Position numbers and translations under genes: made by a program
Origin: Heterodontus francisci
Lineage: Eukaryota
Direction: 5' to 3'
Assembly (NCBI RefSeq): GCF_036365525.1
Contig: NC_090411.1
Coordinates: 33,202,804-33,266,803, forward strand
DNA length: 64,000 nucleotides
The notes under the pieces: model-generated
The model's input: the letters and a program-made list of their open reading frames with translations, nothing else
What the model was told of the DNA's origin: nothing
Databases searched by the model: none
Shown: positions 63,781 through 64,000 of the stretch, piece by piece
Numbering within the stretch: the stretch's first letter is position 1
How the letters are laid out: every line of letters begins with the position of its first letter

Positions 63781-64000
63781 GAAGAACTTTTAAAACCTAT
63801 CTGAGAGGGATTTGTGAGGGTTTACTCTTTAACCTGGGAAGATTCAGTTCTACTGGTCTGTACCAAAGATGCTGACTGGAATGGTTTTGAGGTTTCCTGT
63901 TGACATCCCTTTTTTCTCGTCTCTCTCACTGGCACGCTCTCCTTTTTTTCTCTCCTGCTCGCGCGTGCACACTCTCCCACTTTTTGTTTCTCCCCCCACC

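Overview
This is eukaryotic vertebrate DNA, not prokaryotic. The repeat content (V-SINE/HE1-type SINEs, Deu-domain SINEs, abundant CR1 and L2 LINEs, Penelope remnants) points to a cartilaginous fish; that assignment is an inference. Three genes are supported. (1) An intronless 414-aa Kir6-family K-ATP channel pore subunit at 21651-22895 (+). It is probably the third paralog (Kir6.3/kcnj11l-like), and I found no neighbouring SUR/ABCC gene in the window. (2) Coding exons 1-5 of an R-Ras GTPase at 41933-61967 (+); the last exon lies beyond the window. (3) The 5' end of a minus-strand gene, with a CpG-island promoter at about 13.3-13.8 kb and a candidate first coding exon at 543-636; it is SCAF1/PHRF1-like by synteny only. 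Most other ORFs in the track are retroelement fragments. The most notable observations are the SUR-orphan Kir6 with an altered ER-retention motif (RER), minimal hammerhead-ribozyme motifs in Penelope-derived repeats, a possible decayed gene antisense within RRAS intron 1, a repeat/spacer-like promoter minisatellite, and a clean hAT MITE. Repeat boundaries were read by eye and are approximate.
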